Assembly (NCBI GenBank): GCA_963737655.1
Contig: CAVTTN010000002.1
Location: 3,040,001 to 3,104,000, forward strand
DNA length: 64,000 nt
Direction: 5' to 3'
Origin: an uncultured Planctomycetota bacterium
GTDB lineage: Bacteria; Planctomycetota; Planctomycetia; Isosphaerales; Isosphaeraceae
This document shows, piece after piece, positions 48,663-58,902 of this stretch. The translations under genes and the position numbers were made by a program. The stretch's first letter is position 1. Every line of letters begins with the position of its first letter. The notes below the pieces were generated by a model. That model was not told the DNA's origin. It saw nothing but the letters and a program-made list of their open reading frames with translations, and ran no database searches.

Positions 48663-51284
48663 ATGATCTCTCCCTGGCTCCTGGTCGGCCTGGCGTTCGC
48701 CCCGGCCGACCCACCCGCGCCGCCCCCGGCCGAAGACCCCGCGAAGGTCGAGTTCTTCGAGAAGACGATCCGGCCCCTCCTGGTCGCCAACTGCGCGACC
48801 TGCCACTCGGCCGAGACCAACGCCAAGGGCGGCCTCCGAGTGGACGACCGCAACGGCCTGATCGCCGGAGGCAATACCGGCCCGGCCGTCGTCCCGGGCC
48901 AGCCCGACGAGAGCCTCCTCCTCCAGGCGGTGAAACAGGAGGAAGGCGCCCCGAAGATGCCCCCGAAGAAGAGGCTGGGCGCGGACGAGATCGCCGCCCT
49001 GACGAAGTGGATCGAGGACGGCGCGACCTGGCCCTCGGCCGGGAAGGTCGAGCCCACCCCTCCCTCCAAGACTTCCGAGAAATACGCGAGGCTCCGCAAG
49101 GAGCACTGGGCCTGGCAGCCGCGGAAGGACTCGCCCTTGCCCGAGGTCCGCAACGTCGGCTGGCCCCGGGCCGACCTCGACCGCTTCCTCCTCGCGAAGC
49201 TGGAGGCGAAGGGCCTCGCTCCCGCGAAGGACGCCGATCGCCTCGCCTTGATCCGCCGAGTGACCTTCGACCTCACCGGCCTCCCGCCCTCGATCGCGGA
49301 GATCGACGCCTTCCTCAACGACGGATCGCCGACGGCCTTCGAGGCCGTGGTCGACCGCCTCCTCGCCTCGCCCGACTTCGGGGAGCGCTGGGGCCGCCAC
49401 TGGCTCGACGTCGCCCGGTTCGGCGAGTCGACCGGGTCGAGCCGGAACCTCCCCTACCCCCACGCCTGGCGATACCGCGATTACGTGATCGACGCCTTCC
49501 GCCAGGACAAGCCGTTCGATCGCTTCCTCCGCGAGCAGATCGCCGGGGACCTCTTGCCGGCGTCGAATCCGGCCGAGGCGGACGCGAACCGGGTCGCCAC
49601 CGGGTTCCTGGCGATCGGCCAGAAGGACGTGAACCAGCGGTTCAAGGTCCGCTTCGTGATGGACAACGTGGACGAGCAGATCGACGCCGTGAGCCGGGCG
49701 ACCCTGGCCCTCACGGCGAGCTGCGCCCGGTGCCACGACCACAAGTTCGACCCGATCCCCCAGGCGGATTACTACGCCCTGGCCGGGATCTTCACCAGCA
49801 CCGACCTCTGCTCGGGCCTCCGCAACAAGATGGGCGGAGGCGGGCTGGACTACTACGACCCGGCCCTTCTGATCGCCCTCGGCGAGACGAAGACCTCGGC
49901 CGACGCCGCCGAGAAGATCGCCGGGGCCGAGAAGGCGCTGGCCGAGGCGAAAGCGGCCTTCGAGAAGCTCCGCGACAATCCCGAAGGGGACGAGAAGGCC
50001 CCCGACGGCCGCCCCAAGAGGGCCGTGGCCCGCCAGAAGATGAACCGGGCCCAGAACGAGCTCCTCCTGCTCCGGGACCCCGCCTCCCGGGGCGAGCCCA
50101 CCGCGATGGGCGTCCGCGACGCGAAGGCCCCCACCGACACGCCGATCCGGCTCCGGGGCGAGGCCGAGAAGCACGGGCCGATCGTCCCCCGAGGGTTCCT
50201 CTCGGTCCTCGACGTGCCCGGGGCCCGGGGCGTCGATCGCTCCGCGAGCGGCCGGAGGGAGCTCGCCGATTGGATCGCGTCGGAGGACAATCCGCTGACC
50301 CCTCGGGTCTACGTCAACCGCGTGTGGGCCCACCTGTTCGGCAAGGGGATCGTCCGCTCGGTGGACAACTTCGGGACCACAGGCGACGTCCCCTCGCATC
50401 CCGAGCTCCTCGACCACCTGGTCTCGCGATTCGTCCGCGACGGCTGGTCCACGAAGCGGCTGATCCGCACGATCGTGCTCTCCCGGGCCTATGGACTGGG
50501 CGCCGAGGCGAGCGAGGCCGGGCTCGCGATCGACCCGGAGGACCGGCTGGTCTGGAGGCACGCGCCGAGGAGGCTGGAGGCCGAGGAGATCCGCGACGCC
50601 ATGCTCGCCGCCTCGGGCCTCCTCGATCGCTCGCGGCCCCACGGCTCGCCCACGAAGGGCCTGAAAGTCATCGAGCTGCGGAACAATGGCCCCGAGGCCG
50701 CGAGGTTCGCCGAGGACGCCCGCGACAGCCGGCATCGCAGCGTCTACCTCCCGCTGCTCCGGGGGATGGTCCCGACGTCCCTGGAAGTCTTCGACTTCGC
50801 CGAGCAGGGCATGGTTACCGGCCGTCGCGACGCCACCACGGTCGCCCCCCAGGCCCTGTACCTCCTGAACGACCCATTCGTGAGGAAGGCGGCGCTCTCC
50901 CTGGCCGAATCGCTCCTGGCCGGGGTGGAGACGACCGACTCCGAGAGGATCCAGAGGGCGTATCGCCTGGCCCTGGGCCGTCCGCCTTCGGCCGAGGAGC
51001 TCCGCCGCGCCTCGGCCTTCCTCGCCGAATACGAATCGGCCGCCCGCGAGACCCCGGCCGAATCCGAGGAGAAGCCCCCCGAGCCCGTCGCCGTGGCCCC
51101 CGCCGATGACGCCCCGAAGCCCGGCGAGAAGAAACCGATGCCCCCGGTGAACCCGGATGAGGTCGTGGCCCCGGAGATCGTCCCGAACGAAGAGACGATC
51201 CGGCCGACCGATGCCCGGACCGCCGCCTGGGCGGGATTCGCTCAGGCCCTCTTCGGCGGCGCCGAGTTCCGCTATTTGAAATGA
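48663..51284 (+). CDS. PSD1 and planctomycete cytochrome c protein (DUF1549/DUF1553)
   Basis: FFEKTIRP, CATCH, RRVTFDLTGLPP, GERWGRHWLD, CARCHDHKFDP, NPLTPRVYVNRVW, PSHPELLD. Confidence 0.95.
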   Translation: MISPWLLVGLAFAPADPPAPPPAEDPAKVEFFEKTIRPLLVANCATCHSAETNAKGGLRVDDRNGLIAGGNTGPAVVPGQPDESLLLQAVKQEEGAPKMPPKKRLGADEIAALTKWIEDGATWPSAGKVEPTPPSKTSEKYARLRKEHWAWQPRKDSPLPEVRNVGWPRADLDRFLLAKLEAKGLAPAKDADRLALIRRVTFDLTGLPPSIAEIDAFLNDGSPTAFEAVVDRLLASPDFGERWGRHWLDVARFGESTGSSRNLPYPHAWRYRDYVIDAFRQDKPFDRFLREQIAGDLLPASNPAEADANRVATGFLAIGQKDVNQRFKVRFVMDNVDEQIDAVSRATLALTASCARCHDHKFDPIPQADYYALAGIFTSTDLCSGLRNKMGGGGLDYYDPALLIALGETKTSADAAEKIAGAEKALAEAKAAFEKLRDNPEGDEKAPDGRPKRAVARQKMNRAQNELLLLRDPASRGEPTAMGVRDAKAPTDTPIRLRGEAEKHGPIVPRGFLSVLDVPGARGVDRSASGRRELADWIASEDNPLTPRVYVNRVWAHLFGKGIVRSVDNFGTTGDVPSHPELLDHLVSRFVRDGWSTKRLIRTIVLSRAYGLGAEASEAGLAIDPEDRLVWRHAPRRLEAEEIRDAMLAASGLLDRSRPHGSPTKGLKVIELRNNGPEAARFAEDARDSRHRSVYLPLLRGMVPTSLEVFDFAEQGMVTGRRDATTVAPQALYLLNDPFVRKAALSLAESLLAGVETTDSERIQRAYRLALGRPPSAEELRRASAFLAEYESAARETPAESEEKPPEPVAVAPADDAPKPGEKKPMPPVNPDEVVAPEIVPNEETIRPTDARTAAWAGFAQALFGGAEFRYLK

Positions 51285-51295
51285 CCGAATCCCGG

Positions 51296-51334
51296 CCGAC
51301 CTGGGTCCCTCGGCCGCCGCGGGACCCAGGTCGG
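51296..51334. repeat. Intercistronic perfect 14-bp hairpin
   Basis: ccgacctgggtccc-11 nt-gggacccaggtcgg. Confidence 0.7.
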
Positions 51335-51444
51335 GATACTCCGGGCCGAACCCAACCCGAACCCCCAACGTCCACCGCCCCCCGCCCCGAATCGCGAGCC
51401 GGAAGGCCGGATGCCGGCCGATCCCCAACCTCCCGAGGCCCACG

Positions 51445-52808
51445 ATGAAGACGTCGCCGCTCTCCACCCGCCGCCAGGCCCTGAAGGCAGCCTCCGCCGG
51501 GTTCGGTTACCTCGCCCTGGCCGGGCTCCTCTCGCAGGAAAAGGCCCGCGCCACCGAGCGCCAGGCCGGCCCCCTCGCCCCGAAAGTACCGCATTTCCCG
51601 GCGAAGGCCAAGCGGATCATCTTCCTGTTCATGCAGGGGGCGATCTCGCCGATGGACACCTGGGAGTACAAGCCGCAACTCCAGAAAGACGACGGCAAGG
51701 TCGGCCCCGGGGGGGGACGCTCGTCGGCTCCAGGTTCCGGTTCGCCCAGCACGGGCAGACCGGCACATGGGTCTCGGATCTCTACCCGAACACGGCAAAA
51801 CACGTTGACAAGTTGTGCTATCTCCGAGGCCTGTTCACCGACACCCCGGCCCATCCCGAGGCGGTGATCCAGGTTCACACCGGGGCGGCGCTGGCCCAGC
51901 AGACCCGGCCGTCGATGGGGTCCTGGCTCCTCTACGGCCTCGGGACCGAGAACCAGGACCTCCCCGGCTACATCACCATCAACCCGCCTCCCAATTTCGG
52001 AGGGGCCACGAACTTCGGCAGCGCCTTCCTCCCCGCCCACTTCCAGGGGACCCGCGTGAGCGACACCGGGCGGATCGCCAACCTCAAGGCGCGGACGCCC
52101 GCGCCGCTCCAGCGGAAGCAGATCGACCTGATCCAGGCGATGAACCGCGACCTGGGCTCGGCCCCTGAGTCGCCCGAGGGGCTGGAGGGTGTGATCGCCT
52201 CGTATGAGCTGGCCTTCACCATGCAGGGGAAGGTGCCCGAAGTCCTGGACCTCTCGAAGGAGTCGCCGAGGACCCTGGAGGAGTATGGCGTGAAGGACGG
52301 TCCCGCCGGGGGCTTCGCCCGCCAGTGCCTCATGGCCCGGCGGCTGAGCGAAGCCGGTGTGAGGTTCGTCGAGGTCTGCCATCCCGGGTGGGACCAGCAC
52401 ACTAACCTCCACCAGGGACTGATCCGCAACACGGCCGCGACCGATCGGCCCGTCGCCGCCCTCCTGGCCGACCTGGAGCGGCGAGGACTCCTGGATGAGA
52501 CCCTCGTCCTCTTCGGCAGCGAGTTCGGCCGCCAGCCCACCGCTCAGGGCCCCGACGGCCGCGACCACAACATCACCGGCTACCCGATGTGGCTGGCCGG
52601 CGCGGGGGTGAAGCCCGGCTTCTCCTTCGGAGCGACCGACGAATACGGCATCCACGCCGTCGAAGGTCGGATGCACACGAACGACCTCCACGCCACCCTG
52701 CTCGCGCTGATGGGCCTGGACCACGAGAAGCTGACGTACCGCTACGCCGGCCGGGACTTCCGCCTGACCGACGTCGCCGGCTCGGTGGCGAGGGAGATCT
52801 TCGCCTGA
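51445..52808 (+). CDS. DUF1501 family protein, frameshift in C4G8 run near 51710
   Basis: TRRQALK Tat motif, KAKRIIFLFMQG, RPSMGSW, WDQH, SEFGR, GRDH, RDFRLTDVAG. Confidence 0.92.
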
Positions 52809-52880
52809 TCCGGGAGGAATGCGAAGGACGAAGGGCGCCGATCCTCGCCAGGAGACCGGCGCCCTCCGCCCCGCGACCTG

Positions 52881-54493
52881 TCAACGAAGCCCCACCGCCT
52901 GCTCGGTGGGCTTGACCTCGGGCAGGGAGACGGCCGCCTCCGCGGCCTCTCGCGAGGCGTGGATTAACGGTGCCGTCACGAGGCCGAAGACCAGGGAGAG
53001 CGACGCGCAGGCGCCGACCGCCACCACCGCCGGCCACGAGGGCCGAGGGGTCAACGGGTGCTCGGGCGCGGGCGAGAGGGTCATCCTCATCAGGATTCGC
53101 AGATAGTAATACGCGCCGATCGCCGCGTTCAGGACGCCGATGATGGCGAGCGTCTGGAAGGACCGGGCGTCCGGACCTCGGCCCGCGGAGATCGCCGCGC
53201 CGAAGACCCAGAGCTTGCCGTAGAACCCCGCCATGGGCGGCACTCCCGCCAGGCTGAACAGGCAGAGGCCCATCGCCAGGGCTGCCGCGGGATGCGTCCA
53301 CGCCAGGCCGGCGAGGTCATCGACCCGTTCGACCGGCCGTTCCGGGGTGCTCAGGGCCATGATCACCCCGAAGGCGCCGAGCGTCATCAAGGCGTAAGTC
53401 GCCAGATACAGGTAAACACCTTCCACGCCGAGATACGCCGGGGGATCGGCCGAGCCGCCGGCGTTGCGGAACGCCGCGGCCACGCCCACCATCAGGTAGC
53501 CGGCGTGGGCGATCGACGAATACGCGAGCAGCCTCTTGAGGTTGTTCTGGCGGAGGGCCACGGTGTTGCCCAGGGTCATCGTCGCCACGGCGATCAGAGC
53601 CGAGAGGAACGCCCCGTTGTCCGAGGCGGTCTTCAGCGACGAGAGCGTCAGGTCGCCCCCGGGGCCCGGGTCGTAGGCGAAGACGACGCTCAGGACTCGC
53701 AGGATCGCCAGGAAGCCCACGCCCTTGGGGATCCACGCCAGGAGAGCGGCCATGAAGGTCGGCGAACCCTCGTAGACGTCCGGCGCGTACCAGTGGAAGG
53801 GGACGGCCGCCACGCGGAAACCCAGGCCCGCCATCACGAAGACGATCGCGATCAGGGCGAGCTTGGGCGTGGGATACGGCAGCTCGTTGTGGTTCCAGTG
53901 GATCAGGTACGACAGCGCCTTCAAGTTGCTCACGCCCGTGAGGCCATAGAGATACGCCAGGCCGAACAGGAGGAGCGCCGAGGAGAAGATGCTCAGGAAG
54001 AAATACTTCGTCGCCGCTTCCTGCGTGCTGGCGTTCCGCCTCGACAGGTACAGGAGCAAGTACGTCGGCACGCTCACCAGTTCCAGGCCGACGAACAGGA
54101 ACACCAGTTCATTGGCCGAGGCGACGAGCATCGCCCCGGCATGGATGAAGAGCAGGGCGCCGAAGAACTCGGGGCGCGGGCGTCGTCCACCTGGTCGTGC
54201 GCCAGGGCCAGGATGACCAGGCCGGTCAGCAGGAACCCGAGCCGTGCGTAGCCGGCGAAGGCGTCGTTCAGGGCGACGGCCGAATAGGGGTCGGTGGTCG
54301 TGTGCCGTAGCGCGATCAAGGCGATGAGGGCCGCGCCGATCGCCCCGGCGGCGATTAGCCCCCAGAGCCGCCTCGGTGCCTTCACGAACGGCCCGGCCGT
54401 CATGATCGCCGTGGCGGCGAGCAGGAGGAGGAGCTCGGGCAGGAGCACCAGCAAGGTCTGCTTGGCGACGAAAAGGGCGTCGGGCGGGGTCAT
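52881..54493 (-). CDS. nuoN: NADH-quinone oxidoreductase subunit N, frameshift near 54172
   Basis: LLPELLL, FVGLELVS, EAATKYF, AVPFHWYAPDVYEGSPT, KRLLAYSSIAHAGY, SLAGVPP. Confidence 0.93.
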
Positions 54494-56211
54494 CGGGCGC
54501 GATCCTGGGGCAGGGTGGCGAGGCTCGGGGCCGCCGGGCCGGCGGCCTTCCCATCGGTCTTCGTCAGCATCGGAGCGGCCTTCGCTCCGGGCACGCTCGG
54601 GTAGCGCGAGGCGATCGCGTCGACCGTCGGCCGAATCCTCCGAAAGATCGGCCCGGGATACAGGCCGAGGAGGACGATCAGGACCATCAGGGGGGCCAGC
54701 CCCGCGATCTCGTGCCAGCCGATCGGCCGGATCGGCCCATGGCCGTGTTCGCTCGGGCCGTGGCCGTCGTGGCCGGGCTCCTTCAGGGGCCCGAAGACGA
54801 CCTTCTGGAGCATCAGCAGGAGATAATACGCGCCGAGGACCATCCCGACGGCCGCGAACACCCCGACCCAGGCATTCCGGGTGAACGTCCCCAGCAGGAT
54901 CGGGAATTCGCCGACGAACCCGTTCAGGCCGGGCACGGCGGCCGACCCGAGCGACGCGAGGATCAGGAAGAAGGCGAAGAGCGGCATCTTCTCCCACATC
55001 CCGCCGATCTGGTCCATCTCCCGGGTGTGATAGCGTTCATAAAGCACGCCCACGCAGGCGAACAGGGCCCCGGTGGTGATCCCGTGATTGATCATCTGGA
55101 TCACCGCCCCGTCGGTGCCGGTCTTCGTCATCGAGAAGATGCCCAGGGCGATGAAGCCCATGTGGCTCACGGAGCTGTACGCGACCAGGCGTTTCACGTC
55201 GGTCTGGGCCAGGGCCGCGAGCGCCCCGTAGAGGATGCCGATCACGCACAGGAGCGCCAGGACCGGGAACAGGGCCTCGGCCCCCTGGGGGACCATCGCC
55301 ATGTTGAACCGGAGGAACCCGTAACCGCCCACTTTCAACAGGACGCCCGCCAGCAAAATCGAGCCGGCCGTGGGCGCCTCCACGTGGGCCAGGGGCAGCC
55401 ACGTGTGGAACGGGAACAGCGGGACCTTGATCGCGAAGCCGGCGAACAGGAGCGTGAAGACGAGGACCTGAGGCGAGAACCAGAAGTCCGCCAGCGAATG
55501 CCAGTAGGCGGACGACAGCACCCCCGACCGGCCCCACTCGCCCCAGGTATGCGGCGTGTTCCAGTCGGCCCATTCGAGCCGGGACAGGCCCGCCGTCAGC
55601 TCGGGGATCGAGAATGTGAGGACGTGACCCGGCGTCCACTGCTGATGGATGGCCACCAGCGACACCACGCCCAGGAGCGTCAGCAGGCTCCCGGCGAGCG
55701 TGTAGAGGAAGAACGTGATCGACGCCCTCCGCCGCTCCGGGCCGCCGTACAGGCCGATCAGGAAGAACAGCGGGATCAGGGTGAACTCGAAGAAGACGTA
55801 GAACAGGACCACGTCGAGGCTGGCGAACAGCCCGAGCAGGCCGGTCTCCAGGGCGAGCATCAACGCATAATGCATCGGCGCCCGTTCCTTCACGGACTCC
55901 CACGACGCGAAGACGGCCGGGACCATCAGCAAGGTCGAGAGCACGAAGAGCCAGAGGCTCACGCCGTCCAGGCCCAGGGCGAACCGGATCGACGACCGGC
56001 CGACCGGCAGCCACGGGACGTCCACGAGGAACTGCGGGGCCGCCTCGCCCGACCGGAAGCCGAGGAGCAGGATCAGGCTGAAGGCCAGGGACGCCAGGAC
56101 GGTCCCCAGCGCCACCTGCCTCGCCGCGACGTGCGACATCCGGGGCGAGGCCAGGAGCGCCAGCGCCCCGGCCAGGGGCAGGAAGACCGTGATGGTCAAC
56201 AGGATCGACAT
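54490..56211 (-). CDS. nuoM: NADH-quinone oxidoreductase subunit M
   Basis: LGLDGVSL, FAIKVPLFPFHTWLPLAHVEAPTAGS, KRLVAYSSVSHMG. Confidence 0.96.
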   Translation of the reverse strand: MSILLTITVFLPLAGALALLASPRMSHVAARQVALGTVLASLAFSLILLLGFRSGEAAPQFLVDVPWLPVGRSSIRFALGLDGVSLWLFVLSTLLMVPAVFASWESVKERAPMHYALMLALETGLLGLFASLDVVLFYVFFEFTLIPLFFLIGLYGGPERRRASITFFLYTLAGSLLTLLGVVSLVAIHQQWTPGHVLTFSIPELTAGLSRLEWADWNTPHTWGEWGRSGVLSSAYWHSLADFWFSPQVLVFTLLFAGFAIKVPLFPFHTWLPLAHVEAPTAGSILLAGVLLKVGGYGFLRFNMAMVPQGAEALFPVLALLCVIGILYGALAALAQTDVKRLVAYSSVSHMGFIALGIFSMTKTGTDGAVIQMINHGITTGALFACVGVLYERYHTREMDQIGGMWEKMPLFAFFLILASLGSAAVPGLNGFVGEFPILLGTFTRNAWVGVFAAVGMVLGAYYLLLMLQKVVFGPLKEPGHDGHGPSEHGHGPIRPIGWHEIAGLAPLMVLIVLLGLYPGPIFRRIRPTVDAIASRYPSVPGAKAAPMLTKTDGKAAGPAAPSLATLPQDRAR

Positions 56212-56221
56212 CGCGAGGTCC

Positions 56222-58393
56222 TCAGCCCGGGATCGTCAGCAACAGGAGGATCAGCAGGCCCACCACGCCCAGCGCCGTGGCCGCCGCGTACGACTGCGTG
56301 AGGCCGTTCTGGAACGGCCCGAGGAGGTCCCGCCCGACGAATCGCGGTATCCACGCCACCAGACGCACCAGCCCATCGACGATGTACACATCGACGAACT
56401 TGCAGATGATGGCCAGGACACGGACCGGGCGGACCACCGTGACCTCGTAGAATTCATCCACATAGAACTTGGCGAGCGAGGCCCGATAGGCCGCCCCCAT
56501 CGCCTTCGCCAACCGGCCCGGGATCGGGCTGGGCGAGGCGTACATCAGCCAGCTGATCCCCAGGCCGATCACGGCCGCGAGCGTCCCGGCGAGGATGGGG
56601 CCCCAGCCGGCGACGTGCTCGACGTGGGGCAGCGTATCCTCGAAGCCGGGCGTCCGCATCAGGTGACGCTCGAAGATATGAGTCGGCCCGAACAGGATGC
56701 CAACCAGCACGGTGCAGGCGGCCAGGACCATCAGGGGCACCCACATGATCGGCGGCGACTCGTGGCCGAAATGGCCGTCGTGGCCCCCGTGGTGGGGGGC
56801 GCCGTGGTCGTGGCCCGAGCCGGCCGGGACCGGCTCGTTCGTCTCGCCGTGGACCGCCTCCGCATCGGCCGAGCCGAGGGTCGGCACGCTCACCGGCGCG
56901 TGGCCGTGGGAGTGGCCATGGGCGGCTTCCTCGGGCTCGGCCTCGGGGTCGTCGGGGCTCGGCAGCTTCTCGGGGCCGAAGAAGGTGAGGAAGAACGCCC
57001 GCCCCGTGTAGAACGCGGTCATCCCCGCGGTGATCACCGCGGTCCAGTAGATCAGCGAATAGAGGGAGCCCGGGAGGTCCGTCCCCTCGGCCTCATGCGA
57101 CGCCATCTGCAACGCTGCGAGGATCTCGTCCTTCGACCAGAACCCGGCCAGGGGGAAGATGCCCGCCAGCGACAACCCGCCGACGGCGAACGTCTTGAAC
57201 GTGTAGGGCAAGCGATGCCGAAGCCCCCGGAACCGCCTCATGTCGATCACCCCGCCCATCGCGTGCATCACGCTGCCGGAGGCGAGGAACAGGAGGGCCT
57301 TGAAGAACGCGTGGGTGAACAGGTGAAACATCGCCGCCGTGACCGCCAGCCTCGCCGCCCCGCCGATCCCCGCGCCCAGGCCCATGAACATGTAGCCGAG
57401 CTGGCTGACGGTCGAGTACGCCATCACCCGCTTGAGGTCCGTCTGCGTGAGGGCGATCAACGCGGCGAGCAGGGCGGTGATGCACCCGATGCAGCAGATC
57501 GTCACCTGGACGGACGGCACCTGGACGATCAGGAGGCTCGACCGGGCGATCAGGTAGACGCCGGCCGTGACCATGGTGGCGGCGTGGATCAGGGCCGAGA
57601 CGGGCGTGGGGCCTTCCATCGCGTCGGGCAGCCACACATAGAGCGGCACCTGGGCACTCTTCGCCGTGGCCGCCCAGAAAAGGAGGAGGGCGATCCCCAG
57701 CTTCGTCCCGTGAGGAATCAGCCCCAGGGTCGTGGGGTTCAACAGGACGTCATACGAGAGGACGCCCGATCGCTTCGCGGCCTCGGCCAGCTCGGGGTAG
57801 GCCGAGAGGTCCAGCCCCGTCACGGCCGAGTACATCCAGAAGATCGCCACGGCGAACCCGAAGTCGCCCACGCGATTGACCAGGAACGCCTTCTTCGCCG
57901 CGGCGGCGGCGGACGGCTTCGCGTGCCAGAAGCCGATCAGCATGTAGGAGCACACGCCCACGCCTTCCCAGAAGGCATAGGTCAGCACGTAATTGTTCGA
58001 GAGGACCAGCCCGGTCATCGAGAACACGAACAGGCCGACCAGGGCGAAGAATCGCGGATATCCCGGGTCTCCGGCCATGTACCCGGCGGCGAAGATGGCC
58101 ACGAGAGTGGCGACGAAGGTCACCATCGTCAGCATCATCGTCGTCAGGCCATCCACGCGGAACTCCACCGGGACGTGGAGGTCGCCCGCGTCGATCCAGT
58201 GGTACGCCAGGACGTGGCCATCGTGAGTGCCCGCGTCCACGGCCACGTAGAGCATGAACGAGACGACGAACGCCGCGGCGATGCCCGCCACGATCGGCCA
58301 GTGCGAGAGGCCCTTGAGCCGATTCCCGCCGAAGGCGACCACGGCCGCGCCGAGGAGGGGGAAGAGCGGGACCAGGATGGCGAGGTTAATCAC
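56222..58393 (-). CDS. nuoL: NADH-quinone oxidoreductase subunit L
   Basis: WEGVGVCSY, KSAQVPLYVWLPDAMEGPTPVSALIHAATMV, HAFFKALLFL. Confidence 0.97.
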   Translation of the reverse strand: MINLAILVPLFPLLGAAVVAFGGNRLKGLSHWPIVAGIAAAFVVSFMLYVAVDAGTHDGHVLAYHWIDAGDLHVPVEFRVDGLTTMMLTMVTFVATLVAIFAAGYMAGDPGYPRFFALVGLFVFSMTGLVLSNNYVLTYAFWEGVGVCSYMLIGFWHAKPSAAAAAKKAFLVNRVGDFGFAVAIFWMYSAVTGLDLSAYPELAEAAKRSGVLSYDVLLNPTTLGLIPHGTKLGIALLLFWAATAKSAQVPLYVWLPDAMEGPTPVSALIHAATMVTAGVYLIARSSLLIVQVPSVQVTICCIGCITALLAALIALTQTDLKRVMAYSTVSQLGYMFMGLGAGIGGAARLAVTAAMFHLFTHAFFKALLFLASGSVMHAMGGVIDMRRFRGLRHRLPYTFKTFAVGGLSLAGIFPLAGFWSKDEILAALQMASHEAEGTDLPGSLYSLIYWTAVITAGMTAFYTGRAFFLTFFGPEKLPSPDDPEAEPEEAAHGHSHGHAPVSVPTLGSADAEAVHGETNEPVPAGSGHDHGAPHHGGHDGHFGHESPPIMWVPLMVLAACTVLVGILFGPTHIFERHLMRTPGFEDTLPHVEHVAGWGPILAGTLAAVIGLGISWLMYASPSPIPGRLAKAMGAAYRASLAKFYVDEFYEVTVVRPVRVLAIICKFVDVYIVDGLVRLVAWIPRFVGRDLLGPFQNGLTQSYAAATALGVVGLLILLLLTIPG

Positions 58394-58838
58394 GACGGCG
58401 CTCCCAGGCGTTCAGCGGGTGGGGCGGCTCGACGCCGGCGGGGGTCAGGTGCGGGTAGGACTCGGGGCCGGGCGCCGGATCGGCCGGCTCGGCGTCGTCG
58501 ATCGGCTCCTCGGCGAGCGGCAGGCCGGGCTCGCGGAGCTCGTTCCAGAGGGTCACGTCGAGCGAGCTCCGCCTCTTGAACAGGACGAGGACCAGGGCGA
58601 GCGAGATCGCCGCCTCGCTCGCCGCCACGGTCAGGATGATGATCGTGAAGACCTGGCCGGTCCAGTTGCCGTGGAACCGGGAGAACCCCACGAGGGTCAG
58701 GGCCACGCCCTGGAGCATCATCTCGGCCGAGAGGAACATCACGATCAGGTTCCTCCGGGCGAGGAAGCCGATCATCCCCAGCGCCATCAGGGCGGCGCCG
58801 ATCGTCAGATAATTCGTCAGGAGGTCATAAGTGAACAT
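58386..58838 (-). CDS. nuoK: NADH-quinone oxidoreductase subunit K
   Basis: RRNLIVMFLSAEMML, GQVF, VAASEAAISLA. Confidence 0.93.
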   Translation of the reverse strand: MFTYDLLTNYLTIGAALMALGMIGFLARRNLIVMFLSAEMMLQGVALTLVGFSRFHGNWTGQVFTIIILTVAASEAAISLALVLVLFKRRSSLDVTLWNELREPGLPLAEEPIDDAEPADPAPGPESYPHLTPAGVEPPHPLNAWERRRD

Positions 58839-58902
58839 GGGCGGCCTTCGGGTCGTCCTCTCGGGACGGGACGGCGGGTCACCCCGCCCCTCGGACATCG
58901 AG

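Noticed and set aside
52881..54493. nuoN, hmgA, acyl-CoA ligase and kinase as pseudogenes
   Set aside because: Only single-base homopolymer indels, with intact motifs on both sides; sequencing error is more likely.
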